From a bacterium (GTDB lineage: Bacteria > Hinthialibacterota > Hinthialibacteria > Hinthialibacterales > Hinthialibacteraceae): a DNA stretch of 64,000 nucleotides. The DNA is taken from NCBI GenBank assembly GCA_963663405.2, contig CAXXSM010000150.1:42193-106192 (forward strand), read 5' to 3'. The notes beneath the pieces are model-generated. The model was not told the origin of the DNA. It saw only the letters and a program-made list of their open reading frames with translations, and did not search any database. This document shows positions 41,951 to 53,897 of this stretch, piece by piece. Numbering within the stretch: the stretch's first letter is position 1; each line of letters begins with the position of its first letter. The position numbers were made by a program, and so were the translations under genes.

Positions 41951-42958
41951 TTAAGATTCCGACTTTTCATTCGAATTATCAGCGGCGATCGCAATACCGC
42001 TATGAGGCGCTTCGTAGAAGACTCCCATTTTACGAAAGCGATCGTACCGGTCTTGGATCAATTCTTCCGGGCTAAGACCACTCAATTCGCCTAAATGCTT
42101 TAAAATTGCCTCTTTCACCAACTTGGCTGTCTCTTCGGGACCCCGATGCGCCCCACCAAGCGGTTCGGGAATGATCTCATCAATCAGCCCCAGATTCTTT
42201 AAATCGGAAGAAACGATCCGCATCGTCCCCGCCACACTGGAGGCTTTTGTCCGATCTTTCAAAATAATCGCCGCGCAGGCCTCCGGTGTGCAAACCGCAT
42301 AATAGGCGTTTTCCAAGATTAACACTCGGTTCCCTACACCGATTGCCAGAGCCCCGCCGCTTCCCCCTTCCCCCAGCACTACACAAATAATAGGGACGCC
42401 AAGCTGCGACATAACCTCTAAATTCTTCGCGATCGCTTCATGCTGCCCCCGTTCTTCGGCGCCGATTCCTGGAAACGCCCCTGGAGAATCAATGAACGTA
42501 ATGATCGGTGTACGAAATCGGGCGGCGGTTTCCATGATCCGGCGCGCTTTCCGGAAACCTTCCGGATGAGGCATACCAAAATTTCTCCGGATGTTCTCAT
42601 CGGTATCCCGGCCCTTTTGATGACCGATCACAGCGACAGAGATCCCCTCGATCGTACAAAAACCGGACACGATCGCTTCATCGTCCCGGAACGCCCGGTC
42701 TCCATGCAATTCCACAAAATCTTCTGTAATCCGGTGGATATAATCCAAGGTGTAGGGACGATCCGGATGACGCGCCAATTGAACGCGCTGCCAGGGGGTT
42801 AAGTTCGAAAAAATCTCGCCAAGCAGCCCATCTAATTTTTCCCGGAGAGGATGAATTTCGTGAGAGAGATTCACATCCCTGGAGTGCGCGTACACTTCTA
42901 ATTGTTCGATCTTTGATTCAACTTCCCGTAACGGTTTTTCAAATTCCAGATAGCGCAT
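41951..42958 (-). CDS. accA: Acetyl-CoA carboxylase carboxyltransferase alpha
   Basis: YLEFEKP, VQLARHPDRP, ELHGDR, GHQKGR, GEGGSGGALAIG. Confidence 0.97.
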   Translation of the reverse strand: MRYLEFEKPLREVESKIEQLEVYAHSRDVNLSHEIHPLREKLDGLLGEIFSNLTPWQRVQLARHPDRPYTLDYIHRITEDFVELHGDRAFRDDEAIVSGFCTIEGISVAVIGHQKGRDTDENIRRNFGMPHPEGFRKARRIMETAARFRTPIITFIDSPGAFPGIGAEERGQHEAIAKNLEVMSQLGVPIICVVLGEGGSGGALAIGVGNRVLILENAYYAVCTPEACAAIILKDRTKASSVAGTMRIVSSDLKNLGLIDEIIPEPLGGAHRGPEETAKLVKEAILKHLGELSGLSPEELIQDRYDRFRKMGVFYEAPHSGIAIAADNSNEKSES

Positions 42959-43439
42959 TCTTTTACACTTTCACTTTATTCATTCAGACAATGATAAAAC
43001 GGCAAAACGCCGGGTTGGTTTTCAATTTTTGTTATATTCGAGCAATACGAATCATTTTTGTATAAGGTCAGGCACATGAAGTGATATACTAACAATCACC
43101 AATAAACAAGACATTAAGACGCTTATTCTCCCCCCAGGACTGGGGGGACGAATCCTATTACTTCAGATGACTGACCAATTACTCATTTTTATAATAAAAT
43201 GATTATACTCGAATCAATAAAAAATTTATCCCTTGGAGTCCCCCTAGACACAAACCATTGCAAATCTTTCACCCCAGCGCAGCATTGAGAGTCGAGATGG
43301 TTCCACTAGAATGGAATCCATTGTATACGTCCAATCTCAGTTGAACAATATACGCCAGTACGACGTAGAAAAAAGAGATCCATTAATCTTCTCTCTCCCG
43401 CTTAGGAATTCGGGAATTTTGTGGTACTGTTCTTGCGCT

Positions 43440-44453
43440 ATGAATATCAATCGAAAATATATCATTCTCGCGATCACGGCTCTAATCTTAGGGATACTGC
43501 TCTGGCACATGGATATTCCATTAGCCATCGAGAAAATCCAGAACGCCGATTTTGGATGTATCGTATTAGCGACATGCCTCTCCTTTTTTTTCCCGCTTTT
43601 GTGCGCTATTCGGTGGAACATTATTTGTAACTGCCTCGGCGCCCATCTCGGATTATGGGAAAGCATAAAAATCATCATGGCCGCCTGGCCGCTCGCTTCG
43701 ATCACGCCAGCGAAATCGGGCGATCTCATTAAGATATTGTTCCTGAAAAACATTCTCACCTATTCGCATACGACCGGTGTCATCCTCGCCGAACGGATTA
43801 TGGATTTCGTCGCCCTCTGTCTCTATGCGTTCGTTTGGAGCGCGGTTTTCGGCCTTTGGGATAAAGTCATCATTGCGGCGGGTTTATTAGGGGGCGTCCT
43901 GGCTTTCTTTCTCGTCGCCGCTTCCCCCTTGGTTCAATTCGTTCCAGGTAAATGGCGGTCATTCTGCGAGCAGATTCTGGAAGCGTCCCAAAAAATGTGT
44001 ATGGACTGGCGGCCGTTCTTCTGGATCGTTGTAGTGAGTTTATTGAATTGGTTTCTTTCTTTTTTGCAAACGTGGCTCTGCTACCGGGCCTTTGGCGTTG
44101 ATCTTTCTCTCTATCACATCATGGCTGTCATGCCGTTCGCCATTTTCATCGGCCTCATTCCAATCACACTTTCCGGCATGGGGACGCGGGACACCGCGAT
44201 TTATCTTCTCTTCCGCAATCTCGTCGACGCAAGCGTGACAAAAGAGATTCATTTGATGGTGGGATTTTTATACTCAATTTTCGGCTACTGGCTTCTCTCC
44301 TTGTTGGGATTACCCTTTCTCAAAGCGGCCCTGCAAGGAGCGATCGGTGGCGTCAAAGGAGAAGACCTTCGCAAAATCGCTTACAACACTCTCTCCAATC
44401 CAACCCCTGTGGATTCACCGGAGCCTTCTTCCGGTGTGGATCAGGTAAAATAA
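43440..44453 (+). CDS. UPF0104 / lysylphosphatidylglycerol-synthase TM (flippase-like) protein
   Basis: AIRW, ITPAKSGD, ERIMD, IPITLSGMGTRD; multi-TM. Confidence 0.82.
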   Translation: MNINRKYIILAITALILGILLWHMDIPLAIEKIQNADFGCIVLATCLSFFFPLLCAIRWNIICNCLGAHLGLWESIKIIMAAWPLASITPAKSGDLIKILFLKNILTYSHTTGVILAERIMDFVALCLYAFVWSAVFGLWDKVIIAAGLLGGVLAFFLVAASPLVQFVPGKWRSFCEQILEASQKMCMDWRPFFWIVVVSLLNWFLSFLQTWLCYRAFGVDLSLYHIMAVMPFAIFIGLIPITLSGMGTRDTAIYLLFRNLVDASVTKEIHLMVGFLYSIFGYWLLSLLGLPFLKAALQGAIGGVKGEDLRKIAYNTLSNPTPVDSPEPSSGVDQVK

Positions 44454-44609
44454 GGGAACAGTTATTCAGAAAGGATGGATATTTCATTAACCTTGTTCGA
44501 TCGTTGATTCTATTGTACACTTTCGTCTCATTCATTCGAGGAGCATGAATATGGGATAATAATAATCGACAATTTAGCTTCTTTCTCATGTTCGCGGATG
44601 AACGATAAC

Positions 44610-44633
44610 AGGGTTCCTAGAAACCCTTTTTTT
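44610..44633 (+). terminator. Possible intrinsic terminator
   Basis: AGGGTT-CCTAGA-AACCCT followed by a T run. Confidence 0.45.
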
Positions 44634-44811
44634 AATATATTGTTGTTGGATTATTTAGCTAAATGGACGCGCTCATCAAGAACTGGTTTCCATGCTTGAA
44701 CTCATGAAAACAGATTGTAAGACCTATTTTGGAGAACTAGGATACGTCAGGACATCCATATTTTATGAGCGTGGCTGCGATAAGGTATTATATAATCAAA
44801 GGAGACGTTAC

Positions 44812-46623
44812 ATGAAAACGCCTACGAACAACAAGAAACTGATCGAGTGGGTCGAAGAAGTCGCTCAGCTGACTCAACCCGACAGCATAGAATGGTGTGA
44901 TGGATCTAAAGAAGAATACGATCGAATGATCAAAATCACGGTTGATAGTGGTGTAGCCATCCAATTAAATCCTCAAAAACGTCCGAATTCTGTCCTGTTC
45001 CGTTCCGATCCTTCTGATGTGGCCCGCGTGGAAAACCGTACTTATATCGCGTCAAAAACCAAGGAAGCGGCCGGTCCAACCAACAATTGGATCGATCCTG
45101 ATGAACTCAAAAAAACCATGAAAGGACTTTATCAGGGCTGCATGAAAGGGCGGACCTTGTATGTAATTCCTTTCTCAATGGGACCGGTCGGTTCAGACGC
45201 CGCTAAAATCGGTATTGAAATCACTGATTCCCCCTATGTCGTGGCGAATATGCACATGATGACCCGCGTCGGAACAAAAGTTCTCGAAGTATTGGGAGAG
45301 GATGGAGAATTCATTCCCTGTCTTCACTCCGTCGGTAAACCCCTGGCCGAAGGCGAAACCGACGAGGGCAAATGGCCATGCGCTCCCATCGAAGAAAAAT
45401 ACATTTCCCACTTCCCCGAAGAACGCACAATCTGGTCGTACGGTTCCGGCTATGGTGGAAACGCTCTTCTCGGGAAGAAATGTTTGGCGTTGCGTATCGC
45501 TTCCGTTATTGCGCGTGACGAAGGCTGGATGGCCGAACATATGTTGATTCTTGGAATCACGAATCCCAAAGGCGAAAAAAAATATATTGTCGCCGCGTTC
45601 CCTTCCGCCTGTGGCAAGACCAATTTGACCATGCTGATTCCGACAATTCCCGGTTGGAAAATTGAAACCGTGGGGGATGATATCGCCTGGATGAGATTCG
45701 GCCAGGATGGACGTCTCTATGCGAGTAATCCCGAATCGGGATTTTTCGGCGTGGCGCCAGGGACATCCATGGATTCCAACCCAAACGCCTTGCTATCAAT
45801 CGAGAAAAACGCCATCTTCACCAACGTCGCTCTCACGGAAGACAAGGATGTCTGGTGGGAAGGAATCGGATATCCACCTCCCGGCAAATTGATCGACTGG
45901 CATGGAAATGAATGGGAAGAAGCCACTGCGGAAAAACCCGCCGCCCATCCCAATTCCCGCTTTACCGCCTGGGCGTCGCAATGCCCGGTGATCTCACCGG
46001 ATTGGGAAAATCCCGCCGGTGTGCCGATTAGCGCCATCTTATTTGGCGGCCGCCGCCCAAGTACGGTTCCTCTCGTCTACCAGGCGCGAAATTGGAATCA
46101 CGGCGTATTTATGGGCTCCATTGTCGGATCTGAAATCACGGCGGCCGCGCTCGATCTCAAAGCCGGAACCATTCGCCGCGATCCATTCGCCATGCTCCCA
46201 TTCTGTGGGTACAACATGGGCGACTATTTCCAACATTGGATCAATCTGGGCGCAAAAGCGGAAGCGGATAAATTACCCGAAATTTTCTTTGTCAACTGGT
46301 TCCGTAAAAATGAAAACGGTGATTGGCTATGGCCCGGATACGGCGAAAACAGCCGTGTTCTAAAATGGATCTTTGAACAATGCAGCGGTGAAGGAAAATC
46401 CACCGAAACCGCCATTGGTATCGTTCCCACAGCCGACGCCATCGACCGCCCCGATGGGGTATCTAATGAAGACATGTCCGAATTGCTTGCTCTGGACAAA
46501 GAAGGTTGGCTGAAAGAAGTCAATTCCATCCGGAACGAACATTACCCCAAATTCGGCGATAAACTCCCTAACGAACTCATTGTCGAACTCGATAAACTGG
46601 AAGAACGATTGAAAAACACTTAA
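44812..46623 (+). CDS. pckG: Phosphoenolpyruvate carboxykinase (GTP)
   Basis: [61 protein letters not shown]; RBS AGGAG before MKTPT. Confidence 0.97.
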   Translation: MKTPTNNKKLIEWVEEVAQLTQPDSIEWCDGSKEEYDRMIKITVDSGVAIQLNPQKRPNSVLFRSDPSDVARVENRTYIASKTKEAAGPTNNWIDPDELKKTMKGLYQGCMKGRTLYVIPFSMGPVGSDAAKIGIEITDSPYVVANMHMMTRVGTKVLEVLGEDGEFIPCLHSVGKPLAEGETDEGKWPCAPIEEKYISHFPEERTIWSYGSGYGGNALLGKKCLALRIASVIARDEGWMAEHMLILGITNPKGEKKYIVAAFPSACGKTNLTMLIPTIPGWKIETVGDDIAWMRFGQDGRLYASNPESGFFGVAPGTSMDSNPNALLSIEKNAIFTNVALTEDKDVWWEGIGYPPPGKLIDWHGNEWEEATAEKPAAHPNSRFTAWASQCPVISPDWENPAGVPISAILFGGRRPSTVPLVYQARNWNHGVFMGSIVGSEITAAALDLKAGTIRRDPFAMLPFCGYNMGDYFQHWINLGAKAEADKLPEIFFVNWFRKNENGDWLWPGYGENSRVLKWIFEQCSGEGKSTETAIGIVPTADAIDRPDGVSNEDMSELLALDKEGWLKEVNSIRNEHYPKFGDKLPNELIVELDKLEERLKNT

Positions 46624-46732
46624 TCAAGTCGATGTAAAGAACAAATGCGTCACGTAGAGCGATAGAATTATTAATCCGGCTCCATCTCAATTTGTACCTT
46701 TTGAAAATAGTTGCAGAAAAGAAAAAACGAAT

Positions 46733-46766
46733 CCACCCTCCCTCAGCCGGGGAGGGTGGTTTTTTT
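46733..46766 (+). terminator. Intrinsic terminator of pckG
   Basis: CCACCCTCCC-loop-GGGAGGGTGG followed by T7. Confidence 0.85.
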
Positions 46767-46860
46767 ATATGAAAATGAATTTCAGAGACTGGCTCATTCA
46801 AGGTTTCTACCGCAACTCATTTTCATTTGCAATTGTGATCTCAATCATGATGGTTTATAT
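46767..46860 (+). repeat. ~95-bp dispersed intergenic element, copy B
   Basis: ATGAAAATGAATT..AACTCATTTTCAT-TTGCAATTGTGATCTCAATCATGATGGTTTATAT, upstream of uvrA. Confidence 0.85.
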
Positions 46861-46954
46861 GAATAACGCTGGTCCAATTGAATCAAAAAGCGATCGGCGT
46901 ATACTTCTAGCATTCCCGAATCGGCGCGGTCACTCTTACGCAGGAACGTTTATT

Positions 46955-49777
46955 ATGAAAAAAATTATTCTCCGGGGCGCGAAAGAACATAATTTAAAAT
47001 CAATCGATCTAGAGATCCCACGAGATCAACTGGTCGTATTCACCGGAGTCAGTGGATCGGGGAAATCGTCCTTGGCGTTCGATACGATCTACGCCGAGGG
47101 ACAGCGCCGCTATGTTGAATCACTGTCAGCCTACGCCCGCCAGTTTTTAGGCCAGATGGAAAAACCCAAGGTGGATTTTATCGCGGGCCTTTCACCGGCT
47201 ATCTCCATCGAGCAGAAAAGCACAAGCAAGAATCCCCGCTCCACCGTCGGCACGGTGACAGAAATATACGATTATCTCCGGCTGCTCTTTTCCCGCTGCG
47301 GTGTTCCCTATTGTCCCGATTGCAGAATACCTGTTGGATCTCAAACCTTGGATCAGATCGTAGATCGAATCATGAACCTGCCCGAATCGACGCGCTTCAT
47401 GCTCCTCGCCCCCAAAGCGAGGGAACGGAAGGGGGGAATACAAAGATCTATTCGACCGCGCTCGGAAAGACGGCTTTGTCCGTGTCCGCGTCGACGGCCA
47501 CATCATGGATCTCGATCAAAAAATCGCCCTGGATAAAAAACTCGCGCATACCGTCGAAATCGTCATCGACCGATTGGTGATGAAACCCGATATTCAATCC
47601 CGCCTGTCGGATTCGGTCGAAATGGCTCTCAACCAGGGAGACGGCGTATTAATCGTCAACGTCCCCGGCGAAGAAGATACCCTTTACAGCGCGAAAAACG
47701 CCTGCCTGCAATGCGGTCGCTCATTCGATGATCTAACACCCCAGCATTTTTCGTTTAACCATCCTATCGGCATGTGTTCAGAATGCGATGGGTTGGGACG
47801 AAAGTTGGAACTCGATCCAGAATTGATCGTTCCCGATCCGAACCGCTCGGTCGTGGATGGCGCGATTGTGCTTTTGAAAAATCTATTTGATGAAGACAAC
47901 AAAGCGCAATACGCCTTCCACGCGAGAAGACGCATCGAAACCTTCGCCCGCAAGCATAAAATCTCCCTAACACAACCATGGAAAAAACTTACCAAAAAAG
48001 CGGTGAACTTGCTGCTCTACGGAGACAAGAAAAGCACAAAGGATTATCCAGGCGTCATCCCAGAAATTGAGCGCTGGTTCGCCAATACATCATCGGAAGG
48101 ATTCCGCACGTACCTCCTGGAAACATTCATGCGCCGGATTCCCTGCGAATCCTGTCAGGGCGGCCGATTGAAACCCGAAGCGCTGGTGGTCCAATTCTGC
48201 GGGAAGCAGATTAAAGAAGTGACGGATTTGAATGTCTCCTCCGCCCTGCGTTTTTTCAAAGAAGTGGAACTCGATTCCCGGCAGGAACAGATCACCGGTG
48301 ACGTTCTTAAGGAAATCCGTGGGCGGCTCAAATTCCTAGACGACGTAGGACTTGGTTACCTGACCTTGAGCCGCGCCGCCCCAAGCCTGTCCGGGGGGGA
48401 AGCGCAGCGCATCCGGCTCGCCAGCCAGATCGGCAGCGCGCTGGTTGGTGTTTTGTATGTCCTGGACGAACCCAGCATCGGCCTGCATCAGCGAGACAAC
48501 CAGCGATTGATCGACACTCTCTGCCACCTGCGCGATATAGGCAATACGGTTCTCGTTGTAGAACACGATATGGAGATGATGGAATCCGCCGATTACATCG
48601 TGGATTTTGGACCCGGCGCAGGCCGGGATGGCGGAGAAATCATCGCTGCGGGAAATCCCAATACAATTCGAAACCATCCAGATTCGCTCACTGGCGCATA
48701 TCTCGCGGATCGCGACCGAATCGAAATTCCTCAACAACGCCGCCAAGGAAACGGAAAAACGATCTCCATCCTCGGCGCGCGGGAGAATAATCTTCAAAAC
48801 ATCGATGTCGACTTGCCCCTTGGTGTATTTACCTGTGTGACCGGTGTATCCGGTTCAGGGAAAAGCAGTCTGATCACCGAGATTCTCTTCAAAGCGATGA
48901 GCCGGAAACTGCACCGCGCCCAGATTCTTCCCGGTGAACATAAAGATATTAAAGGCGCCGAATATGTCGATAAGATCATTGAAATCGATCAAAAACCCAT
49001 CGGCCGGACACCCCGTTCCAATCCCGCGACCTACGTAAAGGCCTTCGATCCGATCCGTCAGCTATTCGCGGAACTTCCCGACGCGAAATTAAGAGGGTAC
49101 AAAGCGGGCCGCTTTTCATTCAATGTCCGGGGAGGACGCTGTGAAGCCTGCAATGGAGACGGTTCAAAAAAAATTGAGATGCACTTTCTTCCCGATGTCT
49201 ACGTCACCTGCGAAGTCTGCAAGGGTAAACGTTTCAACCGGGAAACATTGCAGGTCCGCTATAAAGGACACTCGATCGCCGATGTCCTTAATCTAACCAT
49301 CAAAGAAGCGCTGGAATTATTTGACACAATTCCTCGAATCACCCGGATTCTGAATACACTCTGCCGGGTGGGACTCGATTATGTTCCTCTTGGCCAACCG
49401 GCGCCGACCCTCTCCGGAGGAGAAGCCCAACGGGTGAAACTCGCCAAAGAACTCGCGCGCCGGGACACAGGCAAAACACTCTACATTCTCGATGAGCCGA
49501 CAACCGGCCTACATTTTGAAGATATCAAAAAATTACTTCATGTCTTAGATGAATTGGTCGAACGAGGGAATACGGTAATTGTAATCGAACATAACCTGGA
49601 TGTCATTAAATCCGCTGATTACATAGTCGACTTAGGACCCGAAGGTGGAGATGGAGGCGGAAGAGTGGTTGCGGCGGGAACTCCAGAAGAAATCGCGCAA
49701 CATGAAAAATCTTTATACCGGCCAGTTTTTTAAAACCAATTCTAAACGAGCGCCTTCCCCAGAGAAAACCAGCATGA
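46955..49777 (+). CDS. uvrA: Excinuclease ABC subunit A (frameshifts at ~47435 and ~49713; end approximate)
   Basis: [53 protein letters not shown]. Removing one G gives RKGEYKDLF; removing one T gives EKSYTGQF. Confidence 0.95.
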
Positions 49778-49834
49778 TTAAGATATAATATTATTGTGTA
49801 TGGGATGGAGGCAACATAAAAAGGAGTTGTTTGA

Positions 49835-50577
49835 ATGGGGAATCCCACCCTGCAGCGAACGCACGGACGCGCTCTCGATGAATTGAGAGAATTCACTTTT
49901 CAACGCCGGTATCTCGAATTCGCGGAAGGATCCTGCCTGGTCCAATTCGGGCGAACGAAAGTGATCTGCGCCGCTTCGATTGAGGACAAAGCGCCTCCCT
50001 TTCTAGTTGGCTCTGGGCAGGGATGGGTAACGGCGGAATATGCGATGCTGCCGAAATCAACCCAAAAACGCTCTCCCCGCTCAAAAATCAAGAGCGGCCG
50101 CAATCAGGAGATCCAACGGCTGATCGGACGATCGCTGCGCAGCGTCATGGATTTGGTAAAAATCGGTGAGCGCACGATCTACATCGATTGCGACGTTATC
50201 CAGGCGGATGGAGGCACACGCACGGCGTCCATTTCCGGCGCGGGCGGTCGCTCTGCACGACGCGTTGTCGTTTATGATGAAAAATCATTTAATCAAAGAA
50301 TGGCCTATGCGGGAACTCGTCGCCGCAACGAGCGCCGGGATTGTGGACGGGGGTGACGTGTCTTGATCTGGATTACAGCGAAGACAGTGTCGCCGACGTC
50401 GATTTCAACGTCGTTCAAACCGAATCCGGGCATTTCGTCGAGATTCAGGGAACCGCCGAACAAATCCCTTTCGACAGAAACCAACTCAATGAAATCCTTC
50501 TACTCGCCGATAAAGGGATTAAATCAATCCTCAAAGCGCAGCGCGCCATTCTCGCTTTAGAGGAATCCAGTCCTTAA
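49835..50577 (+). CDS. rph: Ribonuclease PH (two +1 G frameshifts at ~50243 and ~50351)
   Basis: [77 protein letters not shown] across three frames. Confidence 0.95.
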
Positions 50578-50594
50578 AAATAGCGGAACACATT

Positions 50595-51128
50595 ATGATT
50601 GAGTGGCTTGATTCTTTTATCTATCATACTGTCTTCTATGTTCCCACGTTTCTGATCCAGGAAGGTGAGAAAATTCCGTTTGAGCCCTGGACCAATCCGG
50701 CGGAACAACAACAGCATCTGGCGACGACTCTGATCATGCTGGGTGTGTTGTCGGTTATTATCCTCATCATTCTTGCGATCAACTTTCAATATCTGCGTTG
50801 GAGACGACATAGTGAATTTGTGTCTGAAATCAGGTCCCTTAAACTTGATTCGGATACAGAAAGCGCGCTCTCGAAAGTCGTTAAACGATTTTCTTTGGAC
50901 GATCCTAAAGAAGTGTTAGCTTCCTGCGAACTTTTCGATGAAATGGCGGTCGAGGAAATGAAACGCATTCTCTCTACGCCAGGAACCGTTCAATCCAAAA
51001 CAGAAACCATTGACGCTCTGTATAAAATCCGCGCAAAAGCGTATCAATCCAATCGGATCGATTCAGAAGTAATAAACGAAGAAATAGAACGAAAAGAATT
51101 CAATGAAAAATGGCAGGAACCGAAGTAA
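50595..51128 (+). CDS. Hypothetical single-pass membrane protein
   Basis: 177-aa ORF with one hydrophobic helix (LIMLGVLSVIILIILAI), co-oriented with rph. Confidence 0.6.
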   Translation: MIEWLDSFIYHTVFYVPTFLIQEGEKIPFEPWTNPAEQQQHLATTLIMLGVLSVIILIILAINFQYLRWRRHSEFVSEIRSLKLDSDTESALSKVVKRFSLDDPKEVLASCELFDEMAVEEMKRILSTPGTVQSKTETIDALYKIRAKAYQSNRIDSEVINEEIERKEFNEKWQEPK

Positions 51129-52082
51129 TGGATGTTTGATGCGCAACGTGAGATAAGTAGTCTTCTCCCCTCCGAAAATCTCCTTGAACCTCTCCACTCC
51201 TTGCAGACCGCCACTAGCGCCGAAATTGAAGACCGAAATGTTTCTTTCCGAGGCGTCTTGGATCATATCCGCCATTAGAAGTTTGCTGCCATTCAGTTCA
51301 GAATACGAATCATTTCGAGCGCCGGAATGATACAGCGCTTCCCCTTTTCCATAAAACATGACATCAATCGCGATTATTTCACCTTCATACTCCGCCCGCC
51401 AGATCCGGACCTCATCCCCCGGCAAATCTACCAATGCGTCAAAAAAAGAAAGCGGCAGCGTTTCCACCCCTTGCCAGCGTTTGCAGGCTTTCTGATACAA
51501 CGTCTTAATCGTATCAATCGATCGCGCGTCATTCGACCAGCGCGTTTGAACGCCATCTCTTTTCGCCCGGCGGATGGTGGTCCGATTGCGGCTTTTAATC
51601 CGTTCCTTCCAGATCGTCTCAAATGGCTCGTCTAGATGGAGAATATGCGTCGTTCGTTCAATGACTTGAAAAAGACGAGTATTAGAAAATTCGCGTGTGG
51701 TTTCGAGATCAGCGGGATTCAGCGTTACATCACAAATTGGCGTTTTCCAATCCAGATCATACCGCGCGGCGGCTAGGTAATGCCTAGGTGTAAGCGGTGA
51801 AGAACTAATCAATCCACCATAGGATCCCCAATACATAGAATCCAGTTTCCGGATTCCAAAGCGCACAGGAACAGCAAATGCGGGAAAAACCGCTTCGCTT
51901 CCATCCGAAAACGAAAACCAGCGATGACATGGACGCGCGTGCGGCAAAACCTTACTGAGTATCTCCGCCCAGCGGGGAGTCTGGAAAAATGAATACCGAT
52001 TCACGTCTCGCAGAATATCACGCCAGACCGATACGGGACATTCATCGGGAATCCGGGCGGTTTCTACTACCGCTAGGCTCAT
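51063..52082 (-). CDS. GNAT/FemAB-like (BioF2-like) acyltransferase
   Basis: FFQTPRW, YGGLI, RTTIRRAKRDGV, FNFGAS...GVERFKEIFGG. Confidence 0.8.
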   Translation of the reverse strand: MSLAVVETARIPDECPVSVWRDILRDVNRYSFFQTPRWAEILSKVLPHARPCHRWFSFSDGSEAVFPAFAVPVRFGIRKLDSMYWGSYGGLISSSPLTPRHYLAAARYDLDWKTPICDVTLNPADLETTREFSNTRLFQVIERTTHILHLDEPFETIWKERIKSRNRTTIRRAKRDGVQTRWSNDARSIDTIKTLYQKACKRWQGVETLPLSFFDALVDLPGDEVRIWRAEYEGEIIAIDVMFYGKGEALYHSGARNDSYSELNGSKLLMADMIQDASERNISVFNFGASGGLQGVERFKEIFGGEKTTYLTLRIKHPLLRFLPFFIEFFSFYFFVYYF

Positions 52083-53725
52083 GAATGATTCTCCTCGCTG
52101 GGCTCGATCCAATCATCCACCCGGCGGTCCGGATTCACCGTTATCACCCGGAAATCCCCAATCCGCTTTATTTCGGATGACACTCCCAATAGTTCATGCA
52201 AAGTCGGCACAATGCTAAGCGTTACCCGGTTCCTTTGACAGACGCGCACAATCGATAATAGATCCGGCATCGAAAGTGTGGGGTCCGCAACCAACACTTC
52301 ATCCACTTTCCGCGCCGGCAGCAACCGTTCCAAATCGGCGATCTCCCCCAAGCGGTCTCCATCTTCATGAGTGGACCGGACATTGGAATGCGTAACGAGA
52401 TACCCCAGGGGAAGATTCCCCAATTCCGGATATTGTTTCATCGCGGATACAATCTCCATCGCCGTTGGATTGGTTCCCACGACAATGATACGGTCCATAT
52501 TCATCCCGCGACGATGCAAGTACCGGTCAAGAACGAGGAATCCCCATCGCCAAGCAAAAAGCGCCGCCGTAAACGATAGTCCGAAAAAACCAAAGACGAC
52601 TCGCGAATATCCATGAAATTGGTGTTCCCGGAAAATATCCTTAAAAAATAGAAACTGAAAAACAATCGATAGAAAAAGTACAGAGAACGCCGACTTGACC
52701 AATTGGATCAGCAGCGTTTTCAAATCCATATATTTATCTCGCACGTAAAGCCGGTTGACCCAAAGCGCAAAAACACTTAGAAAGGAAACAACAACCAGCA
52801 GGTCACTATAGGCGGGCATATCCAACAAATTGTCATATTCGGGAAATGGGTCCGCTGTATTGGAAAAAATTCCGCTGCGAAAATAAAGCCAGTATGAGCC
52901 AAGAAAAGTAAGAGGCGCCAAAACAGCGTCTCCCAATCCTAAAACCATTGGACGAATCCACCGGGCGATACGCTTCTGCCGCCGGTAAGACAATCGGTCG
53001 AATAATAGAAAGAAAAAATAGGGTACACTGATCAACGCTCGCTTCCAAATATCACGAGGCCGCTTAATAAATCGATAGAGTCCCTCCAATCCCAGATTCT
53101 GCAACCAAACCGGCGCGCGCTTTTCTCTTCCAATTATAAAATTAAATGCGCCACCGATGCCGATCATGACGGATACGCCCAAATCCTCTTTGCGCCGGTG
53201 AATCCAATTCTCCTGCCTGGGAGCGCCCAAAGCCACAAAGAGGATGTCGGGATTCGCTTCACGCACGATCCCGATGGTTTTCGCTTCTTCCTCTGGATCT
53301 TCTTCAAACCGGTAGGGAGGACAGTAACTTCCCGCCACAATTAATCCAGGATATTCGTTCTCGAGTTTTCGGGCGGCCGCTTCGGCCACACCTTCCTCGG
53401 CGCCTAAAAAGAAAACACGATACCCTTCCCGCGCCGCCAATGCACACATCTTTGGGACCAAATCGACGCCGGTAATTCGTTCTTTAAGAGGCGTGCGATG
53501 AAGATGCGACGCGAAAACCACTTGCATCCCATCCGGCACTACCAACTCGGCGTCACGGAGCGTTTGTCTGAATTCCAGATTCCGCCGGGCGCAGATCACC
53601 TGCTCAATCGCGGGAGTGACAATCTGATGCGGACGCCCGCTTCGAACCATGTCATTGACGCGGGAAATCGCCTCTTCCATGGTCACATTATCGATTTCAA
53701 CACCAAGAATCTCAACACGTTTCAT
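52079..53725 (-). CDS. WecB/TagA/CpsF (GT26) glycosyltransferase fused to a WcaJ-like TM + CoA-binding region
   Basis: ILGVEIDNVT, VPDG, ERITGVDL, FVALGAPRQE, IGIGGAF, KRAP.WLQ.LGLE; then DAVLA..F.GSYWLYF, IIVVGT, LPLGYL, VDEVLVA, LSIVP. Confidence 0.85.
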   Translation of the reverse strand: MKRVEILGVEIDNVTMEEAISRVNDMVRSGRPHQIVTPAIEQVICARRNLEFRQTLRDAELVVPDGMQVVFASHLHRTPLKERITGVDLVPKMCALAAREGYRVFFLGAEEGVAEAAARKLENEYPGLIVAGSYCPPYRFEEDPEEEAKTIGIVREANPDILFVALGAPRQENWIHRRKEDLGVSVMIGIGGAFNFIIGREKRAPVWLQNLGLEGLYRFIKRPRDIWKRALISVPYFFFLLFDRLSYRRQKRIARWIRPMVLGLGDAVLAPLTFLGSYWLYFRSGIFSNTADPFPEYDNLLDMPAYSDLLVVVSFLSVFALWVNRLYVRDKYMDLKTLLIQLVKSAFSVLFLSIVFQFLFFKDIFREHQFHGYSRVVFGFFGLSFTAALFAWRWGFLVLDRYLHRRGMNMDRIIVVGTNPTAMEIVSAMKQYPELGNLPLGYLVTHSNVRSTHEDGDRLGEIADLERLLPARKVDEVLVADPTLSMPDLLSIVRVCQRNRVTLSIVPTLHELLGVSSEIKRIGDFRVITVNPDRRVDDWIEPSEENHS

Positions 53726-53835
53726 GATGGTACTATTCTAAAAGAGAACCAGTAAATCTGAAAGTAATCCTATCCACCTTTAACCACTAAGCCCTTCAAA
53801 TCCAACGCCCGTCTATTACGCGATCTTTTCCACTG

Positions 53836-53844
53836 TGGTATGAT
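53836..53844 (+). promoter_or_regulatory. Candidate extended -10 promoter
   Basis: TGgTATGAT ~55 bp upstream of the Gfo gene start. Confidence 0.4.
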
Positions 53845-53897
53845 AAAAAATCATTATGCGTACCAGCAGACAGCGATCGATTGCAGAGAGGAAAATC

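Noticed and set aside
43129-43148. TCCCCCCAGGACTGGGGGGA hairpin as a terminator
   Set aside because: Lies in a divergent promoter region with no U-tract; single copy, function unsupported
46769-46954. Small hydrophobic peptide (type I toxin) or N-terminal extension of UvrA encoded by the 95-bp element
   Set aside because: Copies B and C read as similar peptides, but copy A has an early stop and an indel; UvrA homology begins at 46955
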